A stretch of DNA of 64,000 nt from a virus: IMG/VR virus record IMGVR_UViG_3300028826_000074. The stretch is one strand, 5' to 3'. Positions 45,199-54,364 of the stretch are shown one piece after another (the first letter of the stretch is position 1; every line of letters starts with the position of its first letter). Made by a program: the position numbers and the translations under genes. The notes under the pieces are model-generated. The model saw only the letters and a program-made list of their open reading frames with translations, was not told the DNA's origin and did no database searches.

Positions 45199-45690
45199 GT
45201 GGACTATTCGCAGTGGCAATCTCAGGTCGATGCCGTTCTTGATGGCGTCAATTCTACGATCAGAATTCATATGGTCGAAGACAATGCGGCAAGGGCTGCA
45301 TTCCTGGCCACAACAGACCCAACTGTTTTTGCACGTCAGATACTTTCTGGAAATGCTCCACTCGAAGGGGCCTTTCATGAGCCCGGAAAGAAGATCCTCG
45401 GATACCTGCGAATTGCTTTGATGGTCTCTGCAATCCTCATGTGGGGTATCGCAATTTTGACGATATCTATCTGGATGAAGAATATCTTCACCGGCTCGCC
45501 ATCATCGCCCACCGAGATTGCTATGCAAACTACTGGAGCCTACGACGATGCTGTTTCCCATGCTGGAGCGATCCGATATGCGAATGTCCATCTAGGAATC
45601 GCCGTCTCGATGTTTGGAATGGGTTGTCTCTTTGCGCTTGCGGCACAATCAACTTCGATGATCTACCGGCTAGGCAAGACAACCCACTAG
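45199..45690 (+). CDS. 2-TM membrane protein moron (opposite strand)
   Basis: Two hydrophobic helices; lower GC; inserted in the tail operon. Confidence 0.55.
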   Translation: MDYSQWQSQVDAVLDGVNSTIRIHMVEDNAARAAFLATTDPTVFARQILSGNAPLEGAFHEPGKKILGYLRIALMVSAILMWGIAILTISIWMKNIFTGSPSSPTEIAMQTTGAYDDAVSHAGAIRYANVHLGIAVSMFGMGCLFALAAQSTSMIYRLGKTTH

Positions 45691-45798
45691 CTACTCGCTA
45701 GGCTTCTCCTTCTTTGTTTCCTTCTTAACTTCCGGCTGCCCATCCATCTTAGGATTGGGTTTTGACTTGGTGGTTGAAAATCCCGACATGATTGCTCC

Positions 45799-46572
45799 TT
45801 ACTGCGCGGTGTAGGACGGTGCCCCTTGGTTGGCCAGTTGGTGAGTCATTCCAAGGAGTGCGCCATTGTTGAAGGTTAGGACTGTTTGGGTGACGATGGC
45901 GTTGCCCGAGTAGATTCCGCCGTCCGTGGTGATATTCCAAGACAAATAGGCATCGCCGGTGAGGATCTCAAGAAGTACGGCGTCTCCGTCGACCGAAGTA
46001 GGCTCGCCCCTTAGTTTGAAGGTGACGTTCTGCATCTGCAGTTGCCCGGCCTCGATCTTGTGGTTGGCGGCAGTCATCGTCATCGGCAGGGTGACTTCGC
46101 CGACGTCTGGAATCGTGATCACAACGTCGACCTGGATGTCTGAGATATTGTTCGCCGTCGCAAGCTGGAAGAGCGCGGCATTGGATGTCACGAAGTGGTT
46201 GCACTGGATCTCGACATCGGTGCCGACCGAGTTAGGCCACTTCCAGATATCCGCGATGCCAGCGCCGTCAGCGGTATCGGTCGTGATCGTCATCGTCCCC
46301 GATTCAAGCTGAGACAAGAAGCTGTTGCCTCCGACCGTGTAAGCTGAGATATTCAACCCTGATTGGCAGACGGTGGAAACGTGGGGGATCCTCTCGATCG
46401 AGAACTCAAAGGACTTCTTGACCGGGATAGATGCGTGATACCGATCGTTTGCGACTCGGCAATCATCGTCGTCGATCTGAACCCCTAGATCCCACGACTT
46501 GGTATCGCCAAGGAAGGAGGTCCCGCCCAACTGGAAAACGGAAACGTCGAGTGCGTCAAGTCTTGTGCTCAT
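45799..46572 (-). CDS. Major tail tube protein
   Basis: 257 aa, acidic and beta-rich, between tail terminator and chaperone. Confidence 0.65.
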   Translation of the reverse strand: MSTRLDALDVSVFQLGGTSFLGDTKSWDLGVQIDDDDCRVANDRYHASIPVKKSFEFSIERIPHVSTVCQSGLNISAYTVGGNSFLSQLESGTMTITTDTADGAGIADIWKWPNSVGTDVEIQCNHFVTSNAALFQLATANNISDIQVDVVITIPDVGEVTLPMTMTAANHKIEAGQLQMQNVTFKLRGEPTSVDGDAVLLEILTGDAYLSWNITTDGGIYSGNAIVTQTVLTFNNGALLGMTHQLANQGAPSYTAQ

Positions 46573-47052
46573 TTAGATTGCCTTTGTCTTTCTTACGAAG
46601 TGCTGAACGTGGGCCATCTGTCTGGCCTTGAGTCGTCGAATCGCTTCCTGCTTCATGCCGCGAGCGACCATTTTGCGAGTACCGCTTTCTGAGAGAATGA
46701 ACCTTGCATAGGGCACGGTTCGCGATAGCGTTTCGAAACTGTTTTGTCCTCTGGATCGGCTCGTCATAGACCGTCTGAGCCTGCCGCTTTGGACGTTGAT
46801 CGGTAGTAACCTAACTCCTGGCTTCTTGCCTCGCAAGCGTCCTGCCGGAGTGCTTTGCTGTGGCGTCCTGCCGCGAGCGAACGCTCCACGGGTCTGGCTC
46901 TTGGTGAGAGTGCCGGAGCTAAGCTCTTTGGAGTCCTGCTCGCCTAGCTTTCGCATCAGCCTGATGGACTCTGCGACGGTTGCCTTCATCGTCTGCAGCC
47001 GCTTGAGTTGATGCGCCGCCAAGTCGATGCCCTTGGTGAATTGCCGTGCCAT
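46573..47052 (-). CDS. Neck/tail-completion protein (HK97 gp10-like)
   Basis: Basic protein with SGRLRRS and PYARFIL motifs. Confidence 0.6.
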   Translation of the reverse strand: MARQFTKGIDLAAHQLKRLQTMKATVAESIRLMRKLGEQDSKELSSGTLTKSQTRGAFARGRTPQQSTPAGRLRGKKPGVRLLPINVQSGRLRRSMTSRSRGQNSFETLSRTVPYARFILSESGTRKMVARGMKQEAIRRLKARQMAHVQHFVRKTKAI

Positions 47053-47480
47053 TAGTGGTGAGACTCGCTTACCTTGCACTCAAACAGAACCGAGAACTCG
47101 TAAGACTTGGCTTGCGGCCGGTCCTCTTCTTCAAATGCCACTTCGCGGATGATCGGTTGATAGGCGATGCTGGCGTACTTCGATGCCGTGATGATCTCCG
47201 CGATCAATAGGTTGGCGTTCGTGATCTTGGCGAGTAGGATATTGCCGCTGGCAGGGAATGGAAACCTTGCGGTGATCCTGAAATTGTAGGTCTGCTCGAC
47301 GCTCGTCGCGCCTTGAAAGTCCATGCCGACCGCGAGAAGGTCGATCACGACGTAGGACGTTGCGGTTTGTGGAATCCGAACCAAGTCGAACTCGACCGTC
47401 TTGTTAAACAGCCCCCAAGCATCGATACAGTTCTGCTTCAGGGAATCAAGGAGCGCCGCGGCCTGGGTGAGTTGGCTCAT
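47052..47480 (-). CDS. Tail terminator protein
   Basis: 142 aa; synteny in the head-tail block. Confidence 0.55.
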   Translation of the reverse strand: MSQLTQAAALLDSLKQNCIDAWGLFNKTVEFDLVRIPQTATSYVVIDLLAVGMDFQGATSVEQTYNFRITARFPFPASGNILLAKITNANLLIAEIITASKYASIAYQPIIREVAFEEEDRPQAKSYEFSVLFECKVSESHH

Positions 47481-47818
47481 TCGTGCTCCCGGTCAATCAG
47501 TATCTGAACGCAGTCGGTTGTCTGGCCGGCCTGCCATACCATTGGCGGCGCCATGATGTAGTAGTTCTGTGACTGCCAAACGATACGATCCCCAACCTTG
47601 GCCGTCTCGCCGTCCGCCTTGTTACATAGGAGCAATTGCGGTCGATGCAGGTCGATATCGCCGCCGAAGGTTCTGACCACTTGCTCGGCGGTGAGTGGCG
47701 TTATCTGGCACATGATGGCGCGAGCCGTTCCCTCTTCTGGGACATCCACGCGCCCGCCCGTGTAGGAAGCAGTGACCGGGATATAGGTCACGGTATGAGG
47801 TCGTCTTCGCAGTGCCAT
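47477..47818 (-). CDS. Head closure/stopper protein
   Basis: 113 aa; KVGDRIVWQSQNYYI motif; synteny. Confidence 0.6.
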   Translation of the reverse strand: MALRRRPHTVTYIPVTASYTGGRVDVPEEGTARAIMCQITPLTAEQVVRTFGGDIDLHRPQLLLCNKADGETAKVGDRIVWQSQNYYIMAPPMVWQAGQTTDCVQILIDREHE

Positions 47819-48423
47819 TAGATATCGATTCGCCGGTTAATCCAAGCCGTTTCGTGGAAGTTCAAAAGCAAGACGCCGCGCTGACCGCTGTAGATAGCAT
47901 CGGCGGCATCAGGCTGTGTATATTCGAACTCAACCGGCCCCTGTTTCTCTTTGACCACAGCGCCTTCCAGCCCTGTCAATGCCGGGTATAGGTCATAAGC
48001 GGCCTTGGCAAGAATCGCTCTCTTCTGGGACGCTGAATAGGCTGCAATGATGCCGAACGTGCCCGTGATGGCAATCGAGACAGGCTTGGTGAATGCTTGG
48101 CCAAAGTCGATGCCGCTATACGCTTGATCGTATTGCCTTCGTCGAAGGTTGACCGAATCAACACTGATCGAATTCTCGTTGATCGTGATCGCCGTTACCG
48201 TTTGGATGCCGACAGGAAACCAAACAGGATCGCCCGTCATCTGATCGAACGTCTTCGTCTCCGAAGTGCCGATCAGGAAAGGCTTCCATCCAGTTAGGTC
48301 CTCGAATGCCTCTTCTGCGCCTTCGATCGCCGCCCGATAGTCGATCGTCGTGAGGCTGTTGCAAACCTGAATGCCCCTTCCCTTGATAAAGGCTTTCAGG
48401 TCTAGATAGGTTGGCGATGGCAT
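47818..48423 (-). CDS. Head-tail adaptor protein
   Basis: 201 aa; FEDLTGWKPF..ITGTFG pattern; synteny. Confidence 0.6.
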   Translation of the reverse strand: MPSPTYLDLKAFIKGRGIQVCNSLTTIDYRAAIEGAEEAFEDLTGWKPFLIGTSETKTFDQMTGDPVWFPVGIQTVTAITINENSISVDSVNLRRRQYDQAYSGIDFGQAFTKPVSIAITGTFGIIAAYSASQKRAILAKAAYDLYPALTGLEGAVVKEKQGPVEFEYTQPDAADAIYSGQRGVLLLNFHETAWINRRIDI

Positions 48424-48429
48424 GACTTG

Positions 48430-48627
48430 TTACTTCGCGTTGCGGCGGCGGGATTGTTTGTTCTCAGGTGGGCTCTGAACCGCTTTGTTTTCTTCAGGCG
48501 ATTGGACGGCCTTGGTCGCTCCTGATCGCAGGGCATTAAATTCTTCCGGCGTGAGCCATTCTTCGCGACCATCCGCATACCGGATTCGATATCGCCCATT
48601 CTCAATGTGGGTTGCTTTGAATTCCAT
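48430..48627 (-). CDS. Small hypothetical head protein
   Basis: 65 aa with a duplicated KAVQSPxENK motif. Confidence 0.5.
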   Translation of the reverse strand: MEFKATHIENGRYRIRYADGREEWLTPEEFNALRSGATKAVQSPEENKAVQSPPENKQSRRRNAK

Positions 48628-48677
48628 GATTGCTCCTGCCCCCAGCCTTGGATGACTGGGGGCTTTCTATTGGGAGG

Positions 48678-49142
48678 CTAGGCTGTGCCTTCTGCTGGCT
48701 CGGAGAAGACCTCAAGGGCCTTCACAGTCGCTCCAACAGTCGGAGCCCCTTGTGCGGGGTTGTACAGGATAGCAACGAGAGAGTTGATTGTCGCGTTGCC
48801 ACCATCGCCTCGGGTCGTCGCGACGCGTAGATATCGCTTCTTGGCGGCTCGGACGTCCCAAGCGAGGAGCTTGTCATCGTCGGTAGCTCCGACCTGAGTC
48901 AGAGCCGACCCGAGAATGTCGGAATAGTCGTCCGCGCTGCCATTGTCCGAAGACTGCTGCAGTTTGGCGTCCACCGAGCTACTCGCGGCCATCGTTCCGC
49001 AGTGCATCAAGATCAGGACCCCGCCGTACCCCATGGTATCGATTGGGCCTGAGTTGACGTCTGTCGTGCCGGCAGCCAGAATGTAGTTGGTCCCGTCGAT
49101 CGTGATCAGTCGGGGTTCGCAGTTTTTAGCAAGTGTTTGCAC
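48678..49142 (-). CDS. Probable head decoration protein
   Basis: 154 aa, beta-rich (KKRYLRV), right after the capsid gene. Confidence 0.5.
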   Translation of the reverse strand: MQTLAKNCEPRLITIDGTNYILAAGTTDVNSGPIDTMGYGGVLILMHCGTMAASSSVDAKLQQSSDNGSADDYSDILGSALTQVGATDDDKLLAWDVRAAKKRYLRVATTRGDGGNATINSLVAILYNPAQGAPTVGATVKALEVFSEPAEGTA

Positions 49143-49179
49143 TTTCTTTCTTTCTCCTATTTGGATTGAGTGCCTAGGC

Positions 49180-50586
49180 TTAGGCGTTGTCCGACTTGAC
49201 GATCTTCATCTTGAAGGGCTCGGCAACCTTTCCACCGAATCGGAGCCGGCCAAGCATGACTTGGTAGTTCTCCTCGGCGTACTTCTCTCGGATCATCTGA
49301 ACGGACATGCCGATTCGGTTGACCAAGAAGTAACCGGAGAGATCGCCGAAGACTGCCGGATAAGCGCCATCGCCGATGTTCGCGCAGAATGCCGACCAGC
49401 AAACCGGGTATCCGCAAAGTGTGTCCGGAGTGCGTCCGATCAGACCGGGGAATACCTGGCCATCCACGAAGAGGAACGGCCCGTCAGTGGTCGTCGATCC
49501 GCCTGCTCTCATCTGAGCAATGGTCTTGCCGAAGCTCGCACGGTTGCCAACCCAACAAGCATTCTCGTTGAGATACTGCTCCGGAAGATCGAATGGCAAA
49601 CCGCGAAGCTGATTCGCGTCGATCGTGTTGGAAGTGCTCGATAGAACGACGGCAGGCTCGTCCGTACCGCCTGGAGATCGGAAGATGCCCCAAGGGTTCG
49701 TTCCAACGCCGGTGCCATTGAGGATTTGGTTGTCCTTCAACAGCGCGATCGTCTCGCTGAACTTGCCAGACGCCCACTGCAAAAGCGGGAAGTCGGCATC
49801 CTCGATCAGATCGTTCGTGAGAGGCATGGACAGCATCCAAGTGCCAATCTCGATTCGGGTCTGACCGAATACCGGATCGGTGACGCGGTGAACGGTCGAA
49901 GAAGAAGGCACTTCGCCCGTCAACGTTGCACGGATGCCAGTCGAGTACAGATCGTCGGTCGAATAGACCACTCTCGGCATCGTCAGGCTGTTCTTTCCAG
50001 TGTTGAAGTTGCTGACTCGTCCGTTCACGCGGGTTGGAGTCGGCGACTTTTCGATCAGCCGGTTAAGCATCTCGGTCGGAACGAAGAAACCGCCCGCATC
50101 GTCGATGCCTTCCGAGAGCGTCTTGCGCTCGATCGAATCCAGCCCGTCCATGTCGCCGCGCTTTCGCACGTACAGGTTGAACGCCTTGAGGTAGGCAGGA
50201 TCGGCGAGTGCCTTTCGCTGCTTCTCGCTGAAGAGCCCTTGCCCTTCTTGGAGCACTTCGAATCCGTTCTTGGTGGATTCGATATGAGTCGTTCCAGCGG
50301 GCTGAGATCCCAGGACCTGAACGCCGCCGCTCTTTCCATCGATACTCTTGGTGCCAAGATCGAGCGACAATGCCGGGTCCTTGAGGAAGGCATTCAGTTC
50401 GCTCGTGTCGCCGCTGAGCTTCTTGATCTGGTTGATCTGATCGACGATGCCACGGAGCTCGTTATTGATCTCGGTCGCTTTGGTGATGTCATCGCCCGTC
50501 ATTTCAGAGCCCTTGGCAATCAGCGCGTCACGCGCCTCTGTCTTGGCCTTGAAATCTGCTTGATGCTTAATTAGAAGTTCTTTCAC
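49180..50586 (-). CDS. Phage B major capsid protein (HK97 family)
   Basis: Coiled-coil delta domain; DDAGGFFVPTE, LTNDLIED, FGDLSGY, RFGGKV motifs. Confidence 0.92.
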   Translation of the reverse strand: MKELLIKHQADFKAKTEARDALIAKGSEMTGDDITKATEINNELRGIVDQINQIKKLSGDTSELNAFLKDPALSLDLGTKSIDGKSGGVQVLGSQPAGTTHIESTKNGFEVLQEGQGLFSEKQRKALADPAYLKAFNLYVRKRGDMDGLDSIERKTLSEGIDDAGGFFVPTEMLNRLIEKSPTPTRVNGRVSNFNTGKNSLTMPRVVYSTDDLYSTGIRATLTGEVPSSSTVHRVTDPVFGQTRIEIGTWMLSMPLTNDLIEDADFPLLQWASGKFSETIALLKDNQILNGTGVGTNPWGIFRSPGGTDEPAVVLSSTSNTIDANQLRGLPFDLPEQYLNENACWVGNRASFGKTIAQMRAGGSTTTDGPFLFVDGQVFPGLIGRTPDTLCGYPVCWSAFCANIGDGAYPAVFGDLSGYFLVNRIGMSVQMIREKYAEENYQVMLGRLRFGGKVAEPFKMKIVKSDNA

Positions 50587-50598
50587 TTTTGGTTTCTC

Positions 50599-51447
50599 CT
50601 AGATTGAGCCGATAAGCTCGTTTTCGATAAGCAGGGCATCTCTTTGAATTCGCTTTAGTTCCGATTCGACGTCGATCGCCGATTTCGGAGATTCAAGCAA
50701 GCTCTCAAGAAGACCTTGCAGTTGGCGGATCTCGTCGACCCTGGATGGATCGATCGATGCGCCTTTCTCGTCGCGCATGGCTTTGATTTCCGTTGCGCGA
50801 TTGACGAACTCCCTGACAGCACCAAGAACTGCATCGGAGTGTTTGGCGAAGGTGAGGCCATCAGGAACCTCCTCGCCGCCATTGAAAGCGTTTAGGGATT
50901 TGAGCGCCGATGCCGTTGCCTTTGGATTGGCAGGAACGGTCACGATCGACACTTCGAAGAGTTCGCCAACCTTTGTGATGGCGCGAACCCATTTGGACTT
51001 CTTGATCGCAGCGGAATCGAAGAGGCCCAGGTCGTATCCGGCCTTCGATGCGAACTCGAGCAATGCCGCGCCCTCTTCAAAGATTGCGACCCCTTCTCTG
51101 GCGCAACTAAAGCCAATGGACAGCCCGATCGATAGCCCTTTGGCGAGCCGCTCTGAAACGACAGTCTTAGCTTCTTGAGCGTCTTCCGTCGAATGGAACT
51201 CGGCTTCGACGATCAGCTCGTTGCCCTTCTCGTATGCCTTGGACGGCATAGCAACCGGCAGACCGCTCCAATCATGGCCAACAGGCATAAAGCCATCAGC
51301 CAAGAAGCCTTTGATTGCAGACTTGAACGCGCCTGGAAAGATGACGTCGTTGTAACGATCGACGTTGCCCATGACGGCGCCAGCACCGACAATGGTATTG
51401 CCGTCGAGCGTTCCGCCCGCAGCGATTGCCTTATGGAAGATGTTCAT
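50599..51447 (-). CDS. HK97-type prohead protease
   Basis: NVDRYNDVIFPGAF, GHDWS, GLSIGF, LFEVSIVTVPANPKA. Confidence 0.9.
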   Translation of the reverse strand: MNIFHKAIAAGGTLDGNTIVGAGAVMGNVDRYNDVIFPGAFKSAIKGFLADGFMPVGHDWSGLPVAMPSKAYEKGNELIVEAEFHSTEDAQEAKTVVSERLAKGLSIGLSIGFSCAREGVAIFEEGAALLEFASKAGYDLGLFDSAAIKKSKWVRAITKVGELFEVSIVTVPANPKATASALKSLNAFNGGEEVPDGLTFAKHSDAVLGAVREFVNRATEIKAMRDEKGASIDPSRVDEIRQLQGLLESLLESPKSAIDVESELKRIQRDALLIENELIGSI

Positions 51448-51472
51448 TGGTTTGCTAGGAGAGGCAGGCAAC

Positions 51473-51500
51473 AAAAAAGCCCTGCGTTTGCAGAGCTTTC
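51473..51500 (-). terminator. Intrinsic terminator
   Basis: AAAGCTCTGC-AAAC-GCAGGGCTTTTTTGTT on the minus strand. Confidence 0.65.
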
Positions 51501-51524
51501 GGATTGCTTTGGTTATTGCGATTA

Positions 51525-51683
51525 CTAATCGTCGTCAGGGATTGCGGGGACGTTCCCCCCGAGTTCTTCGATTTCTGAATCTGTCATGGGTCGACTCTCG
51601 TTGACGCCAGTGCGTCGACGCAAGTCGGGTTGCGGCGCCTTCTTCATCGCCTCTTCAACTAACTTTCGGGTTTGCTCCGTCAT
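51525..51683 (-). CDS. Small protein (52 aa), candidate partner/immunity of the MuF fusion
   Basis: MTEQTRKLVEEAMKK...IPDDD; overlaps the 3' end of the MuF-like gene. Confidence 0.45.
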   Translation of the reverse strand: MTEQTRKLVEEAMKKAPQPDLRRRTGVNESRPMTDSEIEELGGNVPAIPDDD

Positions 51684-53001
51684 TGGTAATCCAACCCAGG
51701 TCTACGAATAGGTTCTCGATCGCCTTTTCAATGCTCTCGAAGTCATCGTCGTCGAATTGAGCTAAGAACAACTTTTGATAGTCGTCCTTTAACAGTTTAG
51801 CCAATTCCGCGCTCAGTTCCGCCTGATTCGCTCGCTTAGCTACAAACTGGAAGTAAGACCGCGCCCAAAGTTCGTGCCACGTCTGGAGGTACTTGGCATG
51901 CTCGATCAATCCTTCGTCTGGCGTGACCGTCTCGCCATTGAACTCGAACGCTTTACCTTTGGCAATCGCGTCGATGTGCTTCAGGCTCTTGCTCTTCTTG
52001 ACGGCATCGCGCCAAGGCTTCAACGCCCTGCCCTTTGCCGACGAGAACTTCTTAGGCGTCCCAAACCCATAGAGGTCGATTAGGTGACCCAGTTCGTGAA
52101 CCATCGTGCCCCTTGGTGTGGATGCGAAGTGATTAATCGCAATCTCAAGGTTGGCGGTATCCAGATATCCGCCGAGATCAGGGTGATTGATGATCCCTTG
52201 AACGAAGACGGTCGGTAATGACCCATCTGTATGAACTGAGTCGATAGCGGCGACTGCATCATTGACCGCTAGGCTCAGAGGATACGGCGTGTTATTGTCG
52301 ATCGCGTCGCTGACTGGTGCAATCTGATTACCGCCCGATGGCCTTGATGATATCGAGCCTTCTGGCTTGAATGCCGATAGTCGATCGCTGCGTCGCCGAA
52401 CATGGCAAAGGCATCGACCCAAGCATTCGGTATCGCCCTTTCCTGGGTAAGTCCAAAGAGTCGACTTGTCGAATGGAGACAATCTGGCGATTCTCGGGCA
52501 ATCTTCGCAGTGGTGCTCATTCGCGCCAAGCACCCAGTCGAATTGCTCGGCGTCGTCGCATGCCGCAACAAAGGCCTCTGCCGACGTGCCCCTCATTTTG
52601 CCAATGTAGAGGTTGGCCCGGTTCATTACCGCGTCAGGTCTTAATCTGCCCTGATCGTCGATGTACCGAGCGTCTCCACTCTTGATGGCATCCAGAAAGT
52701 TCCGCAGATATTCCGCGTCGGCATCCTTGGCGGCAAGACCTGCAAGTCGGTCGTCTTCATTGAAGTCGCGAAGATCACCCGCGAGCTTTCGTCCAAGATG
52801 CCAAGCCCGTGAATGGCCAACCATCAGAACGGAGTCGAATCGATCCGCCCATTGATCCGGGTTTATGTCGCCTGCCGCTAGTTGCTCGGTGATATGGCGA
52901 ATCTCTCGGCGCCGCCGCCGAACCATTGAATCGTAATCGGCTTGTGTCGGACGCTTGTCGCGGTACTGCTCGCGAACCGCCTTTGCTTGCGGGCCGGTCA
53001 A
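51655..53001 (-). CDS. MuF-like head morphogenesis protein fused to a zincin metallopeptidase domain
   Basis: After the portal; N-half ends in HCEDC..CLGRCLC; C-half has VHELGHLID (HExxH) and a downstream HELWARSY glutamate. Confidence 0.65.
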   Translation of the reverse strand: MTGPQAKAVREQYRDKRPTQADYDSMVRRRRREIRHITEQLAAGDINPDQWADRFDSVLMVGHSRAWHLGRKLAGDLRDFNEDDRLAGLAAKDADAEYLRNFLDAIKSGDARYIDDQGRLRPDAVMNRANLYIGKMRGTSAEAFVAACDDAEQFDWVLGANEHHCEDCPRIARLSPFDKSTLWTYPGKGDTECLGRCLCHVRRRSDRLSAFKPEGSISSRPSGGNQIAPVSDAIDNNTPYPLSLAVNDAVAAIDSVHTDGSLPTVFVQGIINHPDLGGYLDTANLEIAINHFASTPRGTMVHELGHLIDLYGFGTPKKFSSAKGRALKPWRDAVKKSKSLKHIDAIAKGKAFEFNGETVTPDEGLIEHAKYLQTWHELWARSYFQFVAKRANQAELSAELAKLLKDDYQKLFLAQFDDDDFESIEKAIENLFVDLGWITNDGANPKVS

Positions 53002-54359
53002 TCCGAGATCTCCTCTTGAATCGCCTCATGAATCGCCCGTGCATCTCTCATGCGCTGCTTGATGGAGTTCTTGGTCTTGTTTGTATCCGCAATCTTGGCC
53101 GACTGATCGGCGCCGCCAACGGCGAGATCGGTCTTGTACACGTCGTCTGCCTTGGGATCCACTTTCAGTCCGAGCATGCGCCGACCGTCCGACCTCTTGA
53201 TCAGCCCACTTTCCCATAGGCCGTTGACGCGCTCGGCTTTTTCTGTTTCGTCTTCTTCGAGCGCCGGGACTCCGGCCAGATCCCAACCAACCTTCGTCTT
53301 TGCATCCGCCCCAAAATCGGGTCGTAGCGTCTGGTGAGTTAACTGTATGGCGAAAATGTTGATTGTTGGCAGGATCGTATTCTTAAACGCCGCCTCGTTC
53401 GCCTCTTCGTAATTCGAATATGTCTTTTGCTCGGATGGCAATCCGAGGATCATGGGATCGAATCCGATTCCCGCACAGATGCGGGACACGAAGAGTGCCC
53501 GGTTCTTGTCGAGAACCAAATCGGCAGGCTTGTAGCCGACATTGATTGCATCGACAGGGAATGGTAGAAAGCTCGGCGTTCCGGCCGTTTCGCCGGTCGT
53601 GTTCTCGCGCCATCGCTTTTTGACTTCAGCTACGTCGTTCGGGGCAACGGTCGTGCTTCCCTCTTTCGGGCTGAATACGATGGCGCTAAGGCCCGCGTTC
53701 ATCATCAGCGCCGTCCCCAACACTCCCGCCTCGTTATCGCCAACGATCTCGCGAAGAGCCGCCATGAGCGGCGATAGCCCACGCATCTGGTTTTCCGGGT
53801 CGATGCCGTGGCGGAAATGGACGATATCCTTAGGGTCGATCGGAACGGGCGAGCCGCCGACCGGTTGGTATTCGTAGTACGTGATAAGCTTAGAGCCGTC
53901 CGGATTATTGAGGTCCGCCTTGGGCCAAATCTGCGTGTGCGGGATGTACAAGTACCCGACGACGATGCCGGCACCCGATCTCACCTTGTACCAATAGGCA
54001 TTACCGTCGACGAGCCAGCTGATCAGCGTTCCGTACCAGAGAACCGTATGGTCGTAGAAAGGCCCATTCTCGACAGCCTCTAGGAAAGAGTGGCCTTCGA
54101 CTTCAACATAGGTCGTGGCGCCAGATTCGTTCTTCGTCTTTGTGTCGACGATCAGTCTAGGGTAGAGAGCGTTTCTCCAAAAGAACCCGTGCGCAGGGAG
54201 CACGACGCTGTTGTCGTAAATGCGCCCAGCCTCGCGACGGTAATCGATTCTTCCGTTCTTGAAAAGCCAACTCGTCCAGCCGTATGTGCCCGCTAGCGAA
54301 GAAGCGTAAAACCGAAACCCTTTGATGGCTGCGGCGATTCTGGTTGTTAGGTTTGCCAT
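52998..54359 (-). CDS. Phage B portal protein (HK97 family)
   Basis: LVDGNAYWY, IVHFRHGIDP..RGLSPL, FYNTILP-like region; follows terL. Confidence 0.88.
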   Translation of the reverse strand: MANLTTRIAAAIKGFRFYASSLAGTYGWTSWLFKNGRIDYRREAGRIYDNSVVLPAHGFFWRNALYPRLIVDTKTKNESGATTYVEVEGHSFLEAVENGPFYDHTVLWYGTLISWLVDGNAYWYKVRSGAGIVVGYLYIPHTQIWPKADLNNPDGSKLITYYEYQPVGGSPVPIDPKDIVHFRHGIDPENQMRGLSPLMAALREIVGDNEAGVLGTALMMNAGLSAIVFSPKEGSTTVAPNDVAEVKKRWRENTTGETAGTPSFLPFPVDAINVGYKPADLVLDKNRALFVSRICAGIGFDPMILGLPSEQKTYSNYEEANEAAFKNTILPTINIFAIQLTHQTLRPDFGADAKTKVGWDLAGVPALEEDETEKAERVNGLWESGLIKRSDGRRMLGLKVDPKADDVYKTDLAVGGADQSAKIADTNKTKNSIKQRMRDARAIHEAIQEEISD

Positions 54360-54364
54360 CTTTG

